From contig CAIJXG010000045.1 of NCBI GenBank assembly GCA_903824505.1, positions 756 to 64,755 on the forward strand: a stretch of 64,000 nt of DNA. The letters are read 5' to 3'. Shown in pieces: positions 58,873-64,000 of the stretch (positions are counted from its first letter, which is position 1; every line of letters begins with the position of its first letter). The position numbers and the translations under genes are program-made. A model generated the notes under the pieces. The model ran no database searches, had not been told where the DNA came from, and worked only from the letters and a program-made list of their open reading frames with translations. The stretch comes from an uncultured Pseudomonadota bacterium. GTDB taxonomy: Bacteria > Pseudomonadota > Alphaproteobacteria > UBA9219.

Positions 58873-60033
58873 ATGAACTCTGTTTTCCTTTTAGAGAAGC
58901 GCCCCGCTCTTCCGATGTTATCCCGTGGGGGACTTCTGCTTCTTTCCCTTCTGCTGACCTCTTGCATCGGGCCGGAAGTCCCTCAACCGGAAGGGGTGAC
59001 GCTTAAACCAACTTCTTTTTCCGCTCTCGACGGGTGGGGGCAGGATAACCAAGCCGAGGCGTTGGGGGCTTTTCTGAAATCCTGTTCAGCTATGGCTGCC
59101 AAAAGCGCCACTATGGGGGGGCAGAGCTTCACGTGGAAAGAGGTTTGCGCGAGAGCCAAACAAACCGCCCCAACAGAAGAGTCCGCCCGCGCCTTTTTCG
59201 ACTCCGCCTTTCGTCCCTATGACGTTCAAAACGCCGGAAGCGCGGACGGTCTTTTCACGGGCTATTACGTGCCCGAATTGCGCGGCGATACACAGTGCGC
59301 GGGTCTTTACAAAACGCCTCTTTATGGGCATCCGACCGATAAGATCGATGTCAATCTGGGGCTGTTTCGGGGTGATCTGCAAGGCAAATCGGTAACAGGC
59401 AAGGTCGAAAAGGGACGTTTAGTCCCCTATGATGACCGCGCCGCGATTACGCGAGGCTCTTTGTCCGATCGGGCGCCTGTGCTCGCCTGTGTGGATGATG
59501 CTGCCGATGCGTTCTTCCTTGGTGTGCAGGGATCCGGTCGTGTGCGTTTAACGGATGGATCTGTTTTGGTTTTGGGTTATGACAGCGGGAACGGCCTGCC
59601 CTATACGCCTATCGGGCGCGTGCTGGCGGATCGGGGGGCGCTTCAACGCCCTGTCACCATGGGGGCCATTCGGGATTGGCTTCACGCGCACCCGGATGAG
59701 GCGGAAAGCCTGATGAACACGAACCCCTCTTACGTCTTTTTTCGCCCGATGAAAAAGGATGCCGTGCTGGGATCTCAATCCGTTCCGTTGACTCCTGAGC
59801 GCAGCCTTGCGGTTGATCCCTCTTTTGTGCCTTTAGGCACGCCTTTGTGGCTTGAAACAGTTGATGCTGAGGGGAAACCCTTCCACCGCCTGATGATTGC
59901 CCAAGATACAGGCGGCGCTATCAAAGGCAGTGTGCGGGGCGATGTCTTTTGGGGAACTGGCCCCCGCGCCGAGGCGCAAGCGGGTGCCCTGCAAAGCCAA
60001 GGCCATTACACAGCTCTTTTGCCCATTCGGTGA
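58873..60033 (+). CDS. mltA: Membrane-bound lytic murein transglycosylase A
   Basis: Lipoprotein signal LLLSLLLTSC, MltA domain (FTGYYVPELRGD...), 3D domain (DTGGAIKG...VFWG). Start trimmed to the ATG at 58873, because the track ORF begins inside a MITE. Confidence 0.85.
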   Translation: MNSVFLLEKRPALPMLSRGGLLLLSLLLTSCIGPEVPQPEGVTLKPTSFSALDGWGQDNQAEALGAFLKSCSAMAAKSATMGGQSFTWKEVCARAKQTAPTEESARAFFDSAFRPYDVQNAGSADGLFTGYYVPELRGDTQCAGLYKTPLYGHPTDKIDVNLGLFRGDLQGKSVTGKVEKGRLVPYDDRAAITRGSLSDRAPVLACVDDAADAFFLGVQGSGRVRLTDGSVLVLGYDSGNGLPYTPIGRVLADRGALQRPVTMGAIRDWLHAHPDEAESLMNTNPSYVFFRPMKKDAVLGSQSVPLTPERSLAVDPSFVPLGTPLWLETVDAEGKPFHRLMIAQDTGGAIKGSVRGDVFWGTGPRAEAQAGALQSQGHYTALLPIR

Positions 60034-60038
60034 CCTCT

Positions 60039-60626
60039 ATGACCCAAAAACGCCTGATCCTTGCGACCCATAATGCCGGTAAAAAACGCGAATGCGTAGA
60101 GCTTTTGGAGTCGTGCGGATATGAAATCGTCTCGGCCGGAGACCTCAACCTTCCCGCGCCCGAGGAAACCGGCACGACTTTCCTTGAAAACGCTCGGTTA
60201 AAAGCCGAAGCGGCGGCAAAGGCCACAGACTGTCTTTCTCTGGCAGATGATAGCGGTCTGTGCGTGACAGCACTGGACAACGCGCCCGGAGTCTCTACCG
60301 CCGATTGGATGAAACCAGACCCGCAAGCGGGGATGGCCCGTATTTTGAAAGAGCTGGAAACACAAACGGATCGCTCGGCCTTCTTTGTTTGCGTTCTTGT
60401 TTTATGCCGCCCCGACGGCAGTTTTGAGGCTTTCGAGGGACGAGTCGATGGCACGATTGCCCCCGCACCGCGCGGCAGAGGCGGGCATGGATGCGATCCC
60501 ATCTTCATCCCCGCCGGAGAGACTCGCACTTTTGCCGAAATGTCCGCTGCGGAAAAAAACGCCTATAGTCATAGGGGCCAAGCAAGCCGCAAGATGAAGG
60601 AATGGATCAGATATACCGCACCATAA
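60039..60626 (+). CDS. rdgB: dITP/XTP pyrophosphatase (RdgB/Ham1 family)
   Basis: LILATHNAGKKRE...SGLCVTALDNAPGVSTADW...FGYDPIF..AEMS..EKN..SHR; start trimmed to the ATG at 60039; 195 aa. Confidence 0.88.
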   Translation: MTQKRLILATHNAGKKRECVELLESCGYEIVSAGDLNLPAPEETGTTFLENARLKAEAAAKATDCLSLADDSGLCVTALDNAPGVSTADWMKPDPQAGMARILKELETQTDRSAFFVCVLVLCRPDGSFEAFEGRVDGTIAPAPRGRGGHGCDPIFIPAGETRTFAEMSAAEKNAYSHRGQASRKMKEWIRYTAP

Positions 60627-60931
60627 GTTAGCCTTTTATGTCCCGAGCGGTTGAGACAGGATTGCCACGCGCCGGACATGAAAAGATGAATTGTTTGTCC
60701 TAAAATCTGAAGCGGTTATTTCCTCATGAGTCCCTAACGTCAAGGTTGAGACGGGGAAGCCTATAAAACAGGCTTTTCGGGCGCGATTTTATCTAGATCC
60801 ACCCCGCTGGCTGCGCTGGTTTGTTTCATCTGTTCGCGCAGCATGGGGTCGCGCATTAACTGTCGCGCATTAAACTTGACAAAAACGCCCATCTTCTGTT
60901 GATTGGCGCGACCTTCCTTGCTGGAAGACTT

Positions 60932-61008
60932 ATGGCGGTCGTAGCTCAGTTGGTAGAGCTCTCGGTTGTGGTCCGAGTTGTCGCGGGTTCGAGTCCCGTC
61001 GATCGCCC
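60932..61008 (+). tRNA. tRNA-His (anticodon GTG)
   Basis: g-gcggtcgtagctcagttggtagagctctcggttGTGgtccgagttgtcgcgggttcgagtcccgtcgatcgc-c-cca; extra 5' G(-1) typical of tRNA-His. Confidence 0.9.
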
Positions 61009-61015
61009 CATTTCT

Positions 61016-61154
61016 TGTATAGTTGAGCACGGCATAAATTGGTGTTTTTTGAAAACGCTCTCCGCGCGGCATCCCCATCCCCGTTTTCACGGGGATGATG
61101 AGGGGGGGGGGGCACTTGTGTATAAACCTCAATCTATGGCACGGCTAAGTATAG
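61016..61154. repeat. Repeat family C, compact copy abutting the tRNA-His 3' end
   Basis: tatagttgagcacggcataaattgg...aaaacgctctccgcgcggcatccccatccccgttttcacggggatgatgaGGGGGGGGGGGcacttgtgtataaacctcaatctatggcacggctaagtatag; contains a G11 tract at 61102-61112. Confidence 0.8.
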
Positions 61155-61166
61155 TCAGATTTCGCT

Positions 61167-62789
61167 TTAACCCGCCAGATAGCTCTGGATCGAGACGGGA
61201 TCCAAGGCCTCGCCTTCATTTTGAAGCACGACGATGGCTTCAACGGCCGCGCGGGCACCCGCAAGGGTCGTGTAATTGGGGATTCCGCGCATTAGCCCCG
61301 TGCGGCGCAGGCTGAAACTATCTCCCAACATTTGGGCGCCACTCGCTGTCGTGTTGATCATCATCTGAACCTCGTCATTGATAATCGCATCCACAATATG
61401 CGGCTGGCCTTCGTAAACTTTGTTGACTCGCCGGACGGGAACGCCCGCTTCGTTCAGCGCCGCCGCCGTTCCTGTTGTCGCAATAAGGTCAAAACCTAGG
61501 TTAACAAGCTGCCATGCGAGTGTAATGGCCGCGCCTTTGTCGCGGTCTTTGACTGAGATAAAGCAGGTTCCCGTCAGCGGCAGCCGCATCCCTGCGCCGA
61601 TTTGCGCTTTGGCATAGGCGCGGGCAAAACTGCGGTCGATTCCCATGACCTCGCCCGTTGATTTCATCTCAGGCCCCAGCACGACATCGACGCCCGGAAA
61701 ACGCGCAAAAGGAAAGACGGGGGATTTGACGGACACATGCGTAAGAATTTGAGGGTTAAGCCCGAAATTTTTGAGCGGCTCCCCCGCCATGACTCGCGCG
61801 GCAATTTTGGCAATCGGAATGCCAGTCGCTTTGGCAACGAAGGGCACCGTGCGGCTGGCGCGGGGATTCACTTCCAAAATATAAACCGCGCCGTCTTTGA
61901 TGGCGAATTGCACATTCATCAGACCGACAACGCCGATGGCCCGGGCCAAAATTTCCGACTGGCGCGCAATCTCGCGCACCAAATCGGGCGATAAAGAATG
62001 AGGCGGCAAGCAGCAGGAACTATCGCCCGAATGGATTCCCGCTTCTTCGATATGTTCCATGATTCCGGCGACAAAAACGGTATCCGTGTCGGCCACGACA
62101 TCGACATCGACTTCAATCGCGTCTTGCAAATAGAGGTCGATCAGGATCGGATGGCCGCCAGAGATATAAACCGCCTTTTCCATATAGCGGCGGAGAGCCG
62201 CGCTGTCATAGGTGATCTCCATCGCACGGCCGCCCAGAACATAAGAGGGGCGCACAACCACCGGATAGCCGATTTTCTCTGCGGCCTCTTCCGCCTCTTC
62301 CACGCTGCGGGCGAGGCCATTGGCAGGCTGGCGCAGGCCGAGTTTATGCAAAAGAATCTGAAACCGTTCGCGGTCTTCGGCCAAATCAATCGCGTCGGGC
62401 GAGGTGCCGAGAATGGGAATTTGCGCGTCCTGCAGCGCCCGGGCTAGTTTTAAAGGGGTTTGCCCCCCGAATTGGACGATCACACCCAAAAGGCATCCCT
62501 TTGTTTGTTCTTTATAGATGATTTCAAGGACATCTTCAGCTGTCAGCGGCTCGAAATACAAACGATCGGCTGTGTCATAGTCGGTCGAGACGGTTTCAGG
62601 GTTGCAATTCACCATGATCGTCTCAAACCCAGCCTCACGCAACGCCATGACGGCATGAACGCAGCAATAATCGAATTCGATCCCTTGTCCGATACGGTTA
62701 GGCCCACCGCCAAGGATAACAATCTTTGTGCGGTCTGTCGGGCACGATTCGCAGGAAGGAAGAGTCGTCACAACACGCCTATGGGTCAA
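61167..62789 (-). CDS. carB: Carbamoyl-phosphate synthase large subunit, C-terminal half only (second ATP-grasp plus MGS domain)
   Basis: [27 protein letters not shown]... corresponds to about residue 545 onward of full-length CarB; 540 aa. The upstream neighbour, 45 bp away, is dnaN, so no N-terminal half is adjacent. Confidence 0.7.
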   Translation of the reverse strand: MTHRRVVTTLPSCESCPTDRTKIVILGGGPNRIGQGIEFDYCCVHAVMALREAGFETIMVNCNPETVSTDYDTADRLYFEPLTAEDVLEIIYKEQTKGCLLGVIVQFGGQTPLKLARALQDAQIPILGTSPDAIDLAEDRERFQILLHKLGLRQPANGLARSVEEAEEAAEKIGYPVVVRPSYVLGGRAMEITYDSAALRRYMEKAVYISGGHPILIDLYLQDAIEVDVDVVADTDTVFVAGIMEHIEEAGIHSGDSSCCLPPHSLSPDLVREIARQSEILARAIGVVGLMNVQFAIKDGAVYILEVNPRASRTVPFVAKATGIPIAKIAARVMAGEPLKNFGLNPQILTHVSVKSPVFPFARFPGVDVVLGPEMKSTGEVMGIDRSFARAYAKAQIGAGMRLPLTGTCFISVKDRDKGAAITLAWQLVNLGFDLIATTGTAAALNEAGVPVRRVNKVYEGQPHIVDAIINDEVQMMINTTASGAQMLGDSFSLRRTGLMRGIPNYTTLAGARAAVEAIVVLQNEGEALDPVSIQSYLAG

Positions 62790-62834
62790 AGAAGGGAGAA
62801 GCCTGAATCCCGTGTGGCCTCGAAAAAACAGCCC

Positions 62835-63950
62835 CTAAACGCGCATGGGCATGATGACATACAGCGCGCTGGAATCCGAAACATCTTGAATGATCGCGGG
62901 CGCGGCCGTATCGCCCAACGTAAAGCGCGTGCCGTTGCCTTCGATTTGTTGCAAAATATCAAGTAGATACCGCGCGTTAAAGCCGACATCCAGCAACGCG
63001 CCGTCATAGCGCGCTTCCAGCTCCTCGGTCGCGCTTCCGGCTTCAGGCGAATTAGCAGACAGGACCACATGGCCAGGGGTGAGGCTGATTTTCACGCCCT
63101 TCGATTTTTCAGAGGAAATCGTGGCCACGCGATCAACGGCGGCGGCAAAGGCGCGTGTATCCACTTCCAGAATTTTATCATTCCCCGACGGAATGACGCG
63201 ATTGTAATCGGGGAATGTCCCGTCGATCAGTTTCGAGGCGACGATCACGCCGCCAAAGGTAAACCGCACCCGCGATTCGGACAGAGCGATTTCAACGCGC
63301 TCGCCGCTTTCATCGATCAGTTTGCGGATCTCATTCACTGTTTTGCGGGGCAAAATAATACCCGGAATGCCGCCCGCGCCTTCAGGTGCCGGCATTTCAA
63401 CCCGCGCCAAACGGTGGCCGTCCGTGGCAACGGCCCGTAAAACCGCAAGATTTTTCGAGGTGGCCGCATGCAGATAGATTCCGTTCAGATAATAACGCGT
63501 TTCTTCCGTGGACATCGCGAAACGAGACCGATCGATGAGCGCGCGCAGATCGCTGGAAGAAAGAGTAAAGCTGCGGGCGAGATCGCCTTCCGGCATTTTT
63601 GGGAAATCTTCGATCGGCAGACAGCCCAGCTTGAAGTTCGAGCGCCCCGAAGAAAGCGTCAACTGGTTCGCGCTGGCGGCGGTCAGTTCGACCTGCGCGC
63701 CATCGGGCAATTTGCGCACAATGTCATACAGCGTGTGCGCGGGTGCTGTCAGCGATCCTGCTTTGGACACTTGCGCCGGAAGCGTCTCGTTAATCTCGAT
63801 CTCCATATCCGTTGCGGTAAACGAGACTTCTCCGCCTGTCGCGCGGATCAGGACGTTGGCCAGAATGGGGATGGTGTTGCGCCGTTCGACCACACTTTGA
63901 ACGTGGCTCAGGCTTTTCAACAGAACATCACGGGCAAGAACGAGTTTCAT
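62835..63950 (-). CDS. dnaN: DNA polymerase III beta subunit (sliding clamp)
   Basis: MKLVLARDVLLKSLSHVQSVVERRNTIPILANVLIRA...; 371 aa, three-domain clamp. Confidence 0.93.
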   Translation of the reverse strand: MKLVLARDVLLKSLSHVQSVVERRNTIPILANVLIRATGGEVSFTATDMEIEINETLPAQVSKAGSLTAPAHTLYDIVRKLPDGAQVELTAASANQLTLSSGRSNFKLGCLPIEDFPKMPEGDLARSFTLSSSDLRALIDRSRFAMSTEETRYYLNGIYLHAATSKNLAVLRAVATDGHRLARVEMPAPEGAGGIPGIILPRKTVNEIRKLIDESGERVEIALSESRVRFTFGGVIVASKLIDGTFPDYNRVIPSGNDKILEVDTRAFAAAVDRVATISSEKSKGVKISLTPGHVVLSANSPEAGSATEELEARYDGALLDVGFNARYLLDILQQIEGNGTRFTLGDTAAPAIIQDVSDSSALYVIMPMRV

Positions 63951-64000
63951 GGCATCAACCGCAGGGAATAAAAGGAAGTTGTTTGTGAAGCTACGCCAAG

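Noticed and set aside
60761-61315. ORFs 60761..61132 (-) and 60899..61315 (+)
   Set aside because: Both span the tRNA-His gene and the family C repeat. There is no coding signal.
1-64000. CRISPR arrays and rRNA genes
   Set aside because: No regularly spaced direct repeats with unique spacers and no rRNA-like conserved stretches were seen. All repeats found are inverted-repeat or MITE-type.

Overview
This 64-kb window reads as an alphaproteobacterial chromosome segment. The main indicators are a LexA box of the GTTC-N7-GTTC type, an ELM1/DUF1022 gene, the tRNA-Trp–secE–nusG arrangement, and a fused YlxR-L7Ae gene. Housekeeping genes (gltX, pheT, sdhB, lexA, nusG, secE, uvrB, fba, hpf, ptsN, ribF, rseP, ftsQ, ftsA, tsf, rpsB, coaD, uppS, rpiB, coaE, bpt, nusA, rimP, cmk, mltA, rdgB, dnaN) run at roughly 55-60% GC and are interleaved with AT-richer accessory segments. 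The sequence carries an unusually dense load of short non-coding repeats. Family A is a ~120-bp MITE-like element with at least 11 full or partial copies. There are also two copies of a ~165-bp nested palindrome that caps gene ends, an element that flanks the tRNA-His 3' end, and a ~230-bp nested inverted repeat. Several conserved operons look broken or rearranged: pheT has no pheS, sdhB stands alone, rseP-ftsQ-ftsA has no ftsZ, rpsB and tsf are interrupted, nusA has no infB, and only a carB C-terminal half gene is present. murJ carries a 1-nt frameshift. The most system-like accessory region is a ~3.9-kb unit bounded by ~30-40-bp inverted repeats at 14.36 kb and 18.30 kb. It carries a DDE transposase, a putative restriction endonuclease and a Dam-family N6-adenine methyltransferase in one tightly packed operon, plus a HTH protein and a small basic protein. 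Other items worth a second look are an orphan 996-aa VirB4/TraC/IcmB-like ATPase, a 626-aa HExxH protein with tandem N-terminal repeats, two uncharacterised co-oriented genes at the low-GC window start, and homopolymeric G tracts, one of them just upstream of an OafA-like acyltransferase. No CRISPR array or rRNA was seen. Three tRNAs (Trp, Pro, His) were found. All functional calls come from reading the translated ORFs and recognising motifs or families; no database search was run.
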